A stretch of DNA of 64,000 nucleotides from Eledone cirrhosa (GCA_964016885.1 OZ024745.1:49724001-49788000), one strand, 5' to 3'. Shown: positions 1 through 14,900, counted from the stretch's first letter. A program made the numbers and translations. Notes: generated by a model not told the origin, from the sequence alone.

Positions 1-2369
1 GGTTGTTAAGGGTGATGGATTAGCAGAATTTTTAGAGTATCTGACAAATGCTTTGCAGCATTTAGTTACAGTCCTTTACATTCTGATTTCAAATCCTGTC
101 AAGGCCAAATTTGCCTTTCACCCTTCTGGGGTCAATAAAATAAAGTACCAATCAAGAACTAGGGTCAAAATAATTGACTTTTCTCTTCTGCCTGAATTAC
201 TGGCCTTGTGCCTGTTTGAAACAATTATTGATGGTTGTTAAATAAGGACACTGAACCTTGAAAACGTGTGAATTTATTAAATTTGAAGACATTTTATTAA
301 TAATTAATTGATATTAAGTTTTTGTTATGTTCAACAACAACAACAATCAAATATAACATATAAAATATAGAAAACAAAAGAAGAAAATACTGATACAGTT
401 GCATGTCATGCCCTCTTTATGAATGTCCTTTCACACCAACGTCTACAATATGACGGTATGTGGCTTAGTGGTTAGAATACTGGATTTATGATCATAAGGT
501 CATAGGTTCAATTCCTGGATTTGTGTTCTTGAGCAAGACACTTCATTTCAGGTTGTTGTTCATGATAGGACTGGGACCTCTATCATTAAAACACCCAAGA
601 AACTTCCTATGAGATACAACTCCATTGAAGAACAGCTAAACCTGGATAGGTGTAAGCTGCAAATTTCATTTAATTTCTTTTCCTAACAATGTGAACTCCC
701 CAACTCCAACTTCTCATTCTCTTTTCCAGCTGGAATAGTATGTCTCATTGTTGTTTATTTTTCATTCTTGTTTCTATTTTCAAGGTGAAGACTTACATTT
801 GAGTGAATCAGGCAGTGATAGTGAATGAACCATCACCAATATGGCTCTGTAATATGGCTCTTGGCTGTGACATTTCTCTACTGACTGTCATCATAAGTGT
901 TCTTCAGTATGTTCTTCCTTCTCTTGATCTCACCTCTCATACATACATAAGGATGACTGTATCTCACTTGTCATCACTACTACAACTTACATGGTGGTCT
1001 AGAGATCAGAGGAACATGTCATCATTGTATGAAATAAACCATTTCTTTTCAAAAGTCTGCGACTGTATAGTGTCTTTTACAGGATGCATGGCTTAGTGGT
1101 TAAAGTGTTTAGCTCACTGTCATAAATTCAATTCAATTCCTGGCTGCACGTTGTTTCCTGTTGCTCCAGTCTACTCAGCTGGCAAAAATGAGTTTTACCT
1201 GTAATTCAAAGGGCCCGCTTTGACATGTACTTTGTTGCGCTGAGAACTGCATATGGAATGCTCAGCCACTTGCATGTTAATTTCACCAGCTAGCTGTTCC
1301 ATTGTTCAAATAAATGGATACTCTTCATCAGAACTGACAGAGGTCCAACAACGGTATCTTTATATTCACCAACACACACACACAAACCCTCTGCTTTAGT
1401 TATCTTGAGTTAGAATTATCATTTTATATCCATTTTTCCATGCTTGCATGGATTGGATGATACCCAGAGCTTATCCGGTTGGGCAGAGCCTAGAACATAT
1501 CCCAATTCATTTCAGAGCTACCCTCCAGCTGTCGCTGGTACTAATTTTCTGTTGAATGAACTGGAGCAACATAAAATGAAGTGTCTTGCTCAAGGACATA
1601 TCACCTGGTTTGAAAATTTAACCCACAATCTTATGATCATGAGTCAAACACCTTAACTACTAGGCCGTGCTATCTAAATATCTAAAAATGAGTAAATGAG
1701 ATAACAATTTTGCAATGGTGCCATGTATCAAGTCTACTCTGTAAAGTGGTAGTGCTAGTTTCATGATAAAATGCACCCAGTATACACTGTAAAGTGATCA
1801 TTTGACTTGTCTAATCTCAGAATGTGATGACCTATCCAACCCTTACCAGCATGGAAAACAGATATAAAACAGTGTTGATGATGATAATGATGAGACTATT
1901 AACTTTGTTATCTGCATTTATATCTACACTATCTTTCACAGTGTGAGCTCATATGGTCATGAGAAAAATCAAAGCTGTACATATAGAATTTGTTGATAAT
2001 CAAATCAATAATCTCTGCACTGACTTCAGTTCAATGTTGGTTAGGCAGAGGCATTAGAGCATTGGATATGTCTTATGGTATTTAATATATCTCATTGTAT
2101 TCTGAGTTTAAATCCCACCTAGGTCAGCTTTGCTTTTCCTCATTCTGGGGTCAATAAATAAAGTGCCACTTTTGTGTGGTGGGCTAGTAGAATCATTATG
2201 GCATTGTATGGGATGCTTTGCGATATTTGTTCCAACCGTTTGCATTCTGAGTTCAAATCTTGCTGTGGCTTCATGGGTAATATATTTAATCTGTCACCCA
2301 GTTTAACACTAGTACCTGACACTTGAGGGTGTTTAGCAAATCCCACTCTGTTGCTAGTGCTTGGGACAT

Positions 2370-4100
2370 GTCTCCAGTTTGAAGATACCTTCCTCTTATC
2401 ATGCTTATGTATATATCTTGCTGTTCGTAATGCTTCATTATAATACTCGGTGTGTTCGTTAAAAATTCCTAGAGTATTATAATGGAGCATTACAAAAAGC
2501 AGGACATATAAATAAGCTAAGATACATGGATAAAAGCGGGAGAAGTAAATATACTGCACACCACCGTACGAGAGGTAACTCATACTCTAAAAATAATTAT
2601 AAATACTCTCGTCACAGGCAAAATACCAACAATAATGAACAACAAAAAGGTAAGAGTTCTCTTAATCCCCAGGAAAGACCCACAAAAGATAGCATCACAA
2701 TAAACAAACTAGAAGCAGAAAATACCTCTAGTATAATCCAGTATTCAACACTGCAGTTAAAGTCTAGATTATCCTCCTTATTCTTTAGCCTGATCAATAA
2801 ACATTTCCCACGGTCACATAAATACCATAAGATATTAAACAAATACTATTAGGTTATCTTACCCAACATCCATGAACCTTGAAGCTTACATAAATAAATG
2901 GAATAAGAGATGCTTAGGCAACCATGATATTGAACATGATTCTATAGATAATGGGAGGCTCTCAACCGACACGGACAACTGCACCTAAGGCAGTAAAAAC
3001 TAGATGAGATTAAATCTATCACAACTTATTCTCATACCCACCACATCTAATAACAACAATAATAATAATGAACCATCCCATAGAAAAGAGATAAGATGCA
3101 ACTGCCCCATTCAGAATATGTATATGCACAATAACATGGTATACCAATGTGTAATCAATACAAAACAAAGTAAAATATATAGGGCTACTTCTAATGTATT
3201 TAAGAAATGATGGTATACCCATGTACATTCTTTTAAAAATAATAAACTTAGAAATTCTACAACTTTAGCCAACAAAATATGGGAACTGGAAGAAAAAGGA
3301 ACCAGATACAACATTTCCTGGGATTTGCCGACGAGTACAAATAGCACACGGGTATTTGCAATATATGTATACTAGAAATGTACTTGATAATTACCAGAAA
3401 AAAATTAATAAATAATAGATTAAAGTGGGTTTTCAATTGTAGACATAAACAGTTTAAAACTTTCTATCATAATCCCGTCTAGCATCAAAACTGATCCTGC
3501 AACCATACCCATAAGGCATATAGATAGAACCTAGCATCGACCTCAATTCTGGCTGTTTATCTCTCTACAATGCCAGGCAACATACAATACAACACTTTTC
3601 AACCTTAACAACAGGAACATTAAAATATCAATGATTTACCACCATCCACTGTGATGGCCGGATAAAGAATCATTTGATTTCAGCAAAAGTGACCTGGCAC
3701 AGACCAATGGCCATAAAACTACCCTCTACTCAACAAATCAACAACAACGTCCATCAACTATGTTAGCCATGCCTTGTGGAAAAATAAAAATAATGTTACT
3801 ACCAATGATAATGATGGAGTTGTGACAACTGACATTCCCTGACTACACTATATACACATCTCTCAATATATTTTAATACGGTTATAATTTTATACAACCT
3901 AGATTTCTCTTTTGTGATATGTCTTCTATATATATATAAACGTTACCCTGGATGAATGAAATCTTTGTTAAACTTTGACAAGCTGATAGATCATGGTGCT
4001 GACACAAAATATTTAAATTTGAGTTCTCCGAAAAAAACACATCAGATTAGCAATTCTAGATATGCTCACCTACATATCAATGAAACACGTGTCAGTTACC
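2370..4100 (+). mobile_element. Degenerate Penelope-like retroelement (RT thumb to GIY-YIG endonuclease relic)
   Basis: Broken frames give LFFSLINKHFPRSHKYHKILN, RCNCPIQN..NNMVYQC..IY, FKK*WYTHVHSFKN..NSTTLANKIWELEEKG..YNISW, typical of the PLE linker and GIY-YIG region. A hammerhead 3' half-site GAAAC-ACGT-GTC lies near 4082. Many stops and frameshifts; boundaries approximate. Confidence 0.8.
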
Positions 4101-4674
4101 TAATAAATGTTAATCCTTTAACTGTGAAATTGGTGTATCCATGTGATTTATTAATTTCTATATAAATACTCCAGGAATTAACTTCATTGTACCTGCAGTT
4201 GATCACTACAGAAACACTATAAGTGATTCATCTGTTGAGTCAAAAACCACTGCATGTTGTCATAGTCTTTGATTTCAAACTCAACTAATGAAAACCGATT
4301 GCTACTATAATCTATCTATCTATGTATAAAGTATATACACAGTGGGTAACCAAATCTGAGCCAATGTGTAAATAAATATACATATTTTTAATATATAGAC
4401 ATGCCAAAAATACAAATTTCCCTGTAAATTGAAAAATGATAAACACTTTTAATTGATTTTCAGGTCTAGTTGGCTCTTCTTCAGTAGGCATGAATAACAT
4501 CTAAACAACCACAAGAAAATTTGATGAGCTTCTATACCCATTTGCTCATAGTAGTTTTCTGAAAACGACATAGTAATTGGCATATAATTAGCACTTGTAT
4601 TTTTTACAAACATTACCAACTATTTCAACAATCATATAAAGTGGGAAAATTTTCGTTTTGATAAAGTAATGGTT

Positions 4675-4852
4675 TGCTAAAGCTCTCGGCACTGCTGTAG
4701 AGCTGTTGGAACAGGCTGGTGATCTTTGAGGTGCACCAATGAGCTTGAGAATTTTCCTAAGGGATGCATGGTCAACATGTTGAAAGCCGCTTAGAGGTTA
4801 GCGATCTCTGCAGAACTCCCGAGATCTTTCAATAATGAGATATAGGGTAGAG
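4675..4852 (-). mobile_element. LINE reverse transcriptase relic
   Basis: Minus strand reads TLYLIIERSREFCRD*..FQHVDHASLRKILKLIGAP/KITSLFQQLYSSAESF, matching the RT subdomain around (K)AFDSVD..LWKIL; contains a stop and a frameshift. Confidence 0.65.
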
Positions 4853-5674
4853 GCATTACCCTCCTCATCATCGCAAGTAAGCTCTTTACTAAGATCATCC
4901 TCAGCCATGCTTTTCTTTCCATTAGAGGCTGACACCGGCCAGTTTTAACTAAATTATCCAAAATGTCTTTTATTTTTATTATTTGAGGGAGATTTTGCAG
5001 CTATTTCTAGCAAGTCGTTAAGGAGTCAGAAAAAGTACCTAGAGTATTTAGTTGAGATAAATTACGTCCTGAGTTCAAATCTCGCAGACGTCAATATTAT
5101 CTTTCATCCTTCTGCGGTCGGTAAAATAAGTACCAGTCATGTACTGGGTGGATTTTAATCAACTTTACCTTTCCCCAAAAATGTGCTTGTCTCGTGCCTA
5201 AATCAGAACTTTTTTCTAGCTACTTAGGTTTATAGTTAGCAGACGATTTAAATGAATTGTCTCCCTTATATTCCCTCTCTAAATTTATATTGTTCAACAG
5301 TTTGTTTACAACACACATTACAGACATTTTATTCACTCCGCCTTTTTTATTTTCCGTGATGTACATTAGTTACAGAACCAAGAAATCGTGATATCTAAAT
5401 TACCATATTTCTCTTATAAATAACATTTAATATTCTGTATTTTTTCATTCTCTTCACAGCAGAGATATTTTCCCCCAGTACTTGAGCTTTATTTTCAAAT
5501 TATGGGAATGTCAGTTTAATACGTTAAAGATGTCTCTCATAAAGAAATCCTGTTCTTCTCACTTATTGTTATAGTTGCATGTTATTATATTGTTGGTGCT
5601 AAAGTGAATAGGAATCAATTTAAAGATACTGTATATACGCGTATATTCACTAAATAATCCAACAAACATCTACA

Positions 5675-8600
5675 ATGAAACAAACAGAAGTTCCTTTTAT
5701 TTCTTCTATGCAGAAGTTGCTGTTATATGAGACTAAGGCGGTAAGTTTATACGAATCTTTATTCTTTGTTAACCATTTATAAATGTTATAGAGAAAAAAG
5801 AAATCAAATTTATTATAAAACTATAATAATCTTGTTATAATTCTCTTGAGCGAAATAACCGCCGCTACACTCTATCAAATTTTTGTGTAATCGATGAATG
5901 AAAATCTGGTGTCCGTTAACCCTTAGATATGTACCTGTTATAAGTTTTATTTATGTCTAGGATGCTTTATAGATAGAATATACATAACTTTAGTATAAAG
6001 TACTCAATATTAACCCCCCCCCCCCAAAAAAAAAAAAATCGAAGTTAACACTTTCATGGGAAGGGGGTCATACTTTTTGACAATGTACAGAAAGAAAGGT
6101 ATTTTAGTTAAATGCTACAGTAATTAGTTGTGAAGATTGTGAAACTACTATTAGGTAATATATATATATGAAGTATTCCATAAAAGTATGTTTTTTTTAC
6201 ATCGTATTTATTGTGTTGTTTAAAATACCAAGTTGCGTAATATGTCTCGATATTTTTTCAGTAAGTTTCATCATTTACTATCAGGCGATGCTCCAGCAAG
6301 GCCTTAAGCATGATAGCTAAAACAAACTAAATAACATCAAGGAACTTCTGCACATTGTACAAATGTAATATTTACCACTGGTATTTATTGAGGTAGAAAG
6401 AAAATCAAGGGGAGGTAATAGATAGAATCGGCAGAGAAATTTAGAAAATGTAATTAATTACAAAAGATTAACAGTAAAAAATGTGTATAGACACATGTTT
6501 ATTTATCCAGTTAAATTTATAGTTTAATAATAAATGTTTATGTATTCAGTTCAATATGATAGGTGGTAGGGTACAATTTGAGAACGATTTGGCTGCTATG
6601 TCTAGCATATCAAAAGATCGCGTAAAGGCTCTTATTAATTCGTCGTTGATGTTTAATACCAAAGTCTTACCAACCATGATTTCTCCCGCATATTTTCAAT
6701 CGTAGTGTTATCTAGATTTACATTATCCATCGTGTCCTTCCTGTAAGGTGTAATTTGACTGCTATTTTACTATTTCGGTGTGTCCATTTGTAAAATCTAG
6801 AATTAGGGGAATTGGGACAGGGACAACAAATTAGCCAAACTTTAATGACTAAAATCGTTTTCATTATTTATTGGCAGTATCAGTAGAGGGTCGGACGCTA
6901 TGCTTTCCAGCATAATTACGTCCCTTTACGATCTGAGTTCAAATCCCGCCGAGGTTGACTTTGCCTTTCATCCTTACGGGGTCGATAAAATAAAGTACAG
7001 TAATGTACTGGTTAATTGCTGGCCTTGTGCCTAAAGTAGAAACAATTATTTATTATATTGACTTGATATGATAGGTCATCTCTCCTCGGATATTTGAAGG
7101 AGAAGAAGAATCATCTTATTGTTGATTGTTTCGTATTAAAGTATATTTTAAGTATCGAGCAATTACCGTACACAATGGTTTCTAACTTAAGCACAAAGCC
7201 AGCAATTTGGGGGAGTTGGGGGTTCAGTTGATTAGATTGACCTCACCAGTTGACTGATACTCTATTTTATCAGCCCAGGAAGAGTGGAAGCAAAGCTGAT
7301 CTCGGCAGGATACGAACGTAAAGGGCTGGGATGTTGCATAGCATTCGTTTGATGCTTTAACGATACTGCCACTTGATTTTACATTAATTTAACTAATAAA
7401 TCATTCAGAATTTTTATATACAAATTAATCGTGTAAAGTTTTCTTCATTTGTTTGTCTCTACTGGGTGTTGATGTAGTTATTTACTCCTTTAGAATTGAG
7501 AATTTTAATTGTTGTTATTTAGCTTCAGGGAACCCAGGATTACATTATTCATGTCTTTCTTTTTAAAGTCTGTAAGTTGCAATTTGAGTGAGATTTGGTT
7601 GCTTTTCCTAGCAGGGTGAACTCCCACGTAGAGGCTCTTTCATTGTCTCAGAGGATCTTTAGTGATTATATAATGCATAATCTTCCATGTATTGGAAATC
7701 TATAGTGAGTTTATTCAACAAGTCATCAACACCACACTCCATTTCCTTTCTTTTGAAAAGGAGGCCTAACCTTGGAATATGAATTATAAGATAAAAGGAA
7801 GCTGAGAATTAAATTCTTTGTTTTTAAAATATGAGTGAAAGTGACGTCCGAACTAGTATCCTTCGCTACCAACTAACTTACCCTTTGCCTCTGGGGTCCC
7901 AGCTAACAGGATGGAGAATACATTGCCCCAGAGGATGGTGAGAGAGACGCACTGGAACAGCCACTCCACCTTGTGAGGCTCGCACTGATCCAATAGCAGC
8001 AAGTAGTGATGTGGTCTGGGGGCCAAGAACACCAGAAGTCTCCACTGCTACAGGTTCTATCACAAACCTATCCAAGTACGGCCGATAATTGGACAGTTTG
8101 CCCACTTCAGCTTGGCAGGCAACAGATCCTGGGCTGGTAGCCAAATGCACCAGGTTGCCACTAGAGTAGGTGTTACAGCATGTGGCATCCCAGATGAGGA
8201 GCTTACTCCCACAGAACGGGAGGATTGTCATGCCGTCTGGGCTTTTGTCATCTCCTGTCTAACCCTGCTAGCTCGATCTGGGAAGAGAAGCCTGCGCTGT
8301 CCAGGCCATGCTTTATGATCTGGTTGAGAGCAGCATGGTGTGGGAAATGTTTGTCCTTGGGCCCACAAAGCTAACCCCTGCTTTAACTGAGAAAATGGCC
8401 TTAAAACAATTGTTGCTTGTTGTTTTGTGTCTGAATATAGACCATCTCAGTTTTCTTGCTATTGTATTCTATTGTATTTACTCATTTTCAGCGTATATAT
8501 GTGGTTGGATCAAATAACGATGAGACCAAGTTTCGTATTCTCAAGATTCACAGGAATGAGCCACGTGAGCTAATTATGGAAGATGACATGGTAAGGACAA

Positions 8601-11600
8601 AAATTGTATCCATCTTTCAAATTTTCTCCACTAAATGCAAGCATTACTCTGTAAAGGGATTGCAAAGCAAACTTCTTAACCACCTAAATGTTTTTTTTTT
8701 CATTGTTTCCAGAAAGTGTACACTGCAGATGAAGTACGTAATACTCTTGCAATGATTGAATCGGGTAACAGACCCCTTTCAAGTATTCTAAAAGGTGGCT
8801 CTGGTTTGTTTAAATCTGAATCTGCTTTTGGTATTGCTGGTAAGTTATAGCACTTTTTACACTATCTTTTGACTGCCCTTCATGTTGTTGTTGTTTCTGC
8901 TTCTTTTATAAAATGGTTGAATTGAGTTATAGTTTTGTAAAGCGAAACATATTTTCTAATTTCATATCCACCCGATGCTTCATAGGTGATTCATTAGCTT
9001 TCATTACTAACTGATCCATATAGCTGCTGCTTTTTTCTCTCTTTTTTTTCTTTTTCTTTCTTTTTCTTTTTCAATACTTATTGCTATTTCTTGGCATCTT
9101 GAATCACCAAACCAACTCTCTACTTACTGCTATCTCCTGGGGTAACTTTTCAGTCCTGACTGCTGGGGCAAATAGGGAACATCCACCTGAGGTTTTTGCA
9201 CTTCAGAGTGACAGAATGAACAAAAATGAAAGAAAGAGCTTGACAGCCTTTCATTGGTTGGTTTGTGCTGTTTCTGTTACATAAAAGTTTTCGATGATGA
9301 GTGCTCCAGTTGATTCAAACAATAGAACTGCCTACTTGAGAAATTAAGGAGTATGTGGCTGAGTATTCTACAGACATGTGCACCCTTAACATGGTTCTCA
9401 GGGAGAGTCAGCATGACAAAATGTGTTAGGAGGCTGACTTCTAAAATTAGCGGTACAATTCATTTTTGTCACCTGAATGAACTGGAGCATCATGAAATAG
9501 TGTCTTGTTCAAGGACACATGTCACCTGATCAAGGAATCAAACTCATGAACTGAATGCCCTAACCATGCACCTTCACTAACTCTACATACATATATACTT
9601 ATATACATACACATATACTTTCTGAAAATATGTCTCTAGCCCCTGTCTCTTATCTCTTCATACCTAATTCTGTCTTTCGACCTGATATCCAATATTCTTT
9701 CTCTGGCATATTGTATTGTTGGGATGATTTTTCCATCCCCTTGTTTATCTTCCATATTCTGTTCCTCTATACAACTGTAGGTAACATTTCAAGAACACTG
9801 CCCATTTCAAGACATTATAATTGATAAACTATTGTCTCTTCTTCTCAAAATAGAATTCTTAGCGTGGAAGATAGATGTTAAACGATGATGATGTGAAACA
9901 TTATGTAATATTCTTTCTTTTATCCAGGGTTTGTACGTTTTTTGGAAGGCTATTATATGATCTTAATAACAAAACGGCGCCGAGTTGCATTAATTGGTCC
10001 CCACACAATCTATAAAGTTGAAGACACATGTATGATTTATATACCTAATTTAGGAACTCATCATATTCATTCTGATGAAAGCCGGTATGACATTGCTGTT
10101 TTTTCTTCAATTTTCTTTTTTATTATATTAGAGTTGCTTTTATATGACTGCTATTATACGATTTTTTTCTTATACACAACAATTGTTCTAAAACTACTTT
10201 CTCTATGATAGATTTCATGCTTATCAGTTCTTTTTTGAGGCAATGTTTTCCAGCTGGATGTTCTTCCTAGCACCAATCCTTAATGACTGCTATTATATGA
10301 TCTCTGTTATATAACTGCTCTTATATGACTGTCCTTCTATAACTTCTATTATATGACTTCTATTATGACTTCTATTAGATGGCTGCTGTTATATGACTGT
10401 TATTATATGACTGTATGTAAAGTGAAGTTAACAGTTTTTCTGTGTTATTAAATGACTAAAATGACTCTTCCCAGATGTTATTGATTTAGTTTCAACACAC
10501 AGTCTCAAGTCCAATGCAACTCCGAAATCTAGTACAATCATTAGTATAGAGATTTAAAATTTTACTAATTACTGTGTTTAAGTCAATCTTGTAATTCTGT
10601 TTTATTCTAGGTATGTGAAAATGTTTCAGAATGTAGATCTTTCTAGTAATTTCTACTTCAGGTAAGATAATTTTCATTCTAAAATCATGTAATGAGTAAC
10701 ACTTTTGATACCAACCAGCCTGAAACCACTCATAGATCTATAATAGAAAACTTCATTTTCAAGTGTTTCTATTTATCTTAAAACCTGCCATCATAATTTT
10801 ATGGAAGAAACTTCATAAGATTTCTAAGTTAGGCGCAAAACCAGCAATCTCATGAAGAAGAGAAAGTTGATTATATTGAAAGTTATTTGAGAAACAGCAG
10901 CAGTATTTTTCATTAGAAATATAACAAAACTGTAAATATTATGTTGATGGCCATTTGCCATATATTGATGGCATAGTTGTGTAGTTAAGATGTTTGCTTC
11001 ACAACCTCATGGTATCAGGTTTATTCTGTGTAGCACCTTGTGCAAGTATCTTTTATTATATCCTGAGGCTGCCCAATACATCGTGTTTACATGAAGTTTA
11101 GTAGACATAAACTGTGTGTGTGACGAACCTCCGTTGGTTCCTATGATAAATGTTCAAGTTGTTTCAAGAATGGAACAGCCTGTTTGTGAAATTTGTGTGA
11201 AAATGGTTGATTATTCCACAGACACATGCACTCTTAACGTAGTTCTCAGAGAGATTCAGCATAACATATGTAACAAGGTTGACCCTTTGAATTACAGACA
11301 CAACTCATTTTTGCTGGCTGAGTGGACTGGAGCAATGGAAATGTGCCACCAGGAATCAAATTCATGTCCTTACATTCATGAACCAAACACCCTAATCACT
11401 AAACCATGTGCTTTCATATGTGTTGACGTCTCACTGCTACCAACGCTATTTTTCCAAACTCAAGAAAGCATTTAAGTATAAGTTTGAAAGCAGAGGCAAT
11501 GGAGAGGAGTTCCAACTAGATCCTGTTAAAATCTCCATACAGTTTAAATACACAACAAGTCTCTAATATCTGAATGGCTAAATGTCAGCAGAAGGGCACC

Positions 11601-11924
11601 CAGGAGTCATGATCTGGATGCTGCCTGGCCCCCTTAGTGTGTAAGAAGTTAAGGGCTGAAACACTTGCTTGAGTGGGGTTTCTTCTCTGAAGACCTTCTG
11701 CTTTCCAACTCTCCTGAGAGTTTCTTCCCACTGTATCATTGTTGAGGTATATGTATGGCCACTGCCTTCGGTCGCTTTTATTTTTGGCATCACAATTTTA
11801 AACTTTTGTTTGAACTCTGGATGGACGATAATGTATTAACTTCTCGCTCCATTGAGTGCTTCGTGATTGTCTCAAACAACTCGATAATTACTTGCTATGT
11901 AGCAGCTACAACTTCGATTTATAC

Positions 11925-11962
<38 letters not shown>

Positions 11963-14900
11963 CACATCATACAGTTATAATATAAATTGACTAGTAATTA
12001 TTAATTCTATTTAAATTACAGTTACAGTTATGATTTAACTCACTCATTACAATACAATATGGCTCCTACAAACTCCTCATCCAGTACAAAAGACTCGTCT
12101 CGTAATTCTGATTCCAACTCATATCTTTTTGTGGACAGAAGTCAATTTCACAAGCCAGCCACCCCCTATACCTATCCAGATGGTAAGTACTTTTTACATA
12201 GTTGGTGTATGGAGCTGATAGTGTATAAAGCCAGTTTGTATATAAATTGTTCGATACTATGGTTTGTGGATTCTTGTTATGTGCTCTAGTTCATAAACCA
12301 TAAACCATTTATTGATGGATGAGATGGTATTCAGTTTCTTCATCAAGCTTTAACAAAGCTATGTTTGTGGATTACATGCACCCAGTACGCCCTGTAATGT
12401 GGTTGGAATCCGAGAGATGTGTAGTTTGATTCCTCACAGGAATCTTTTTACATTTTTTTCTGTCTCCAGGGGTACTTTACCCGATTTTTAAAACTATTAT
12501 TATAATCGTTTGTATTTGCTTCATAACCATAATGGTTTTGGGTTCAGTCATATTATGGGGCCCCTTGAGAAAGTGTCTTCTATAGCTTTTGTTTCATCAA
12601 TGCCTTGTGAGTGAAATTTGATTGACAGTAGCTGCAGAAGTCCATCATAGTTGATCATATTGACATGGATACTTATTCCTTCAATCTTGTTACTTATTTT
12701 ATGAATCCCTTTTTTGTAGAACTGGTAAGTTACAGGACATAAACATAAATATACACACACATACATATTCAATGAAATTGAAATTTATTGACCAAAGAAA
12801 AAGTGGTGTATGACTGCAGTCTAATGACTGAAACCAGCAAAAGATAAAAGAATATACATAAATTTCTGGTTTTTTTTTCAGATTGTGTTTTAGGAGTGAA
12901 AAACTCTGCTTCAAGCAAATTTGTTTGGAATTCAGCTCTGCAACAGCCATGTAAAGACATGATACATTCAGACTGGGTTATCAATATTATACATGGCTTT
13001 ATTGGACAAGTCAATATCCTTTTTCTTGTATTATTCATAAGGTTGATACCTGGAGGACAAACAAGGACTAGGGTTCCATCAACATTTTTTGCTTTAGTGG
13101 GGTGAAAGATTGAAGTACCAAGGGGGCCAAAAATACCTGAAAGCTTAGAGGTCCTGTCATGAGTTGATATGGCCCTGGTTATGTAAAGATTTCATCAAAC
13201 AACTTTACTAGTTGACTGACAAATATTAAAGAATACAATTCATAAAAGTGACAAAATGAGAGGGAGAAAAAAAGGAAAAAATTTTAAAAATTAAAGAGGT
13301 TGGGGAGGCAAAATGTACACTTTGAGCTGTGCTACATGGACAAGATAGTGAAAACATTGCTGTGGAGTTTAGCTAGTGATATGCACTGAATCAGCCATTC
13401 CACCTTGTGCGGACTCTTTTCTCAGGTGTGATGTCCCACTCTCAATTTGGCAGAGGACAAAACTCTGGAGTTCTTGATGGCTAGAGTTATGGAAAGGAAA
13501 GGGTCTGTCATTACCTGTTATTTAGTTTATTGTTCAATCTGTGTTGAGTTGGCGCTAGAGAACAACAACAACACGTACTTAAATGATTTGATTATGAGAC
13601 AAACCAACAAGGAAACATCTGCAATATTGCTTGGTTTGCAAGAGATAGCAGACAAATCATCCTCAAATAAATTATCCTTTACTGTCTTAAAACAAAGTGA
13701 AGGATGCATTGGATTATGTCTAAAGTCTGTCTTTAGCCAGAAGTGCTCGTTAGGCCGGTGCTTATCCTGGTTTCATAGTGTGAAGTGACTGAGAATACAA
13801 GACTTCCCCCTGGACAGGATGCCTGTCCATTGCAGGGTTAAACCCTCAGCTATTGCTTGTACTCATTTTCAGCTGAGTATACAGGAGCAACATGAAATGA
13901 AGTGTTTTCCTCAAGAACACAACATGCAACCCAGTCTAGGAATTGAGTCCACAACATTATGATCATAAATCCAACACCCTTACCATTAGGCCACACGCCT
14001 CCACACTTTTGGATTATGTGGTCCTGGATATACTATGTAAGCAATAGAAGGGTCATGGCTGAAATGCTTTTGATTAAGCCTGATCAGTTAGGTATTGAAA
14101 TCTATTAGTATTCAATAAAATTTTAAAACTCATTTGTTTGTTGCAGTAAAATTAGTTTTTAGATGAAGAGATAGTATTTTAAGGGTTCGCAGTTCTTAAA
14201 TGTTTGTAGCTACATTACTTATGTTTATTTTACCTTTTTGATAGCAAACTGCCTGAAGTTGCTCTTGCTTCTATGATACAAAGCTGTTTATTTTAAAGTT
14301 TTTAGGTTAATCTAAAATCCTTGTTCCAAACATCAGCTGAATAATGAGAAAGTTATTTTAGTTACTAAAACCCTCCAAATTGTTTCAAAATTATTTAAAA
14401 AATAATAGGCAGTATGTTTCATTGGAAATAGAGTAACAAAAGGTTTAATTATCACAGAATATATTAAAATGATCAACATTATAGTTGAAATGTGCTGCCT
14501 GAGAGTCATCCTTGGCATCACGAGGCAAGGTGAGATAGATAAGGCTAAGGCCTCTATCATTAAAACAATCAAGAAACCTCATAGGGAGCCAGCTGAAACC
14601 TGTGAAAGTGTATCATAACAACAGCAGCAACATGATGACAGTAAAGTTGTGGTAGAATTATAACAATGTTCAGTCTTTTCTCCTTAACCTTTCCTAGATA
14701 TTTGTGTATTTGGTAAACCTATTTATTTAACCTTAATTGGTCGTAGGTCAAATCAGTTTGCTGGAACTCGCTTCTTGAAGAGAGGAGCCAACAACCAAGT
14801 AAGATTTTTCTTTATTCTATTTTCTTCCCACTAGGAGGACCTTTCAGTTGTGTCAAAGACATGACAACTTTTCTTGTGCTGGTGATCTACACAATAAACG

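Noticed and set aside
3201-3225. In-frame TGA in the PLE endonuclease (FKK*WYTH) as possible selenocysteine
   Set aside because: It occupies the conserved Arg position of GIY-YIG (likely CGA/AGA to TGA decay) in an element with many other lesions.
4445-4490. Minus-strand CTGAAGA...GAAA
   Set aside because: Weak stem II and no stem I pairing; probably chance.
4190-4925. Possible divergent gene upstream of FIG4 (MAEDDLSKELTCDDEE / MLFMPTEEEPTRPENQLK on the minus strand)
   Set aside because: Candidate exons do not splice into a continuing open frame, no recognisable homology, and part of the interval is a LINE RT relic.
13010-13011. Canonical GT donor for FIG4 intron 7
   Set aside because: Joining it to the 14697 AG shifts the frame; the U12 consensus 4 nt downstream fits.
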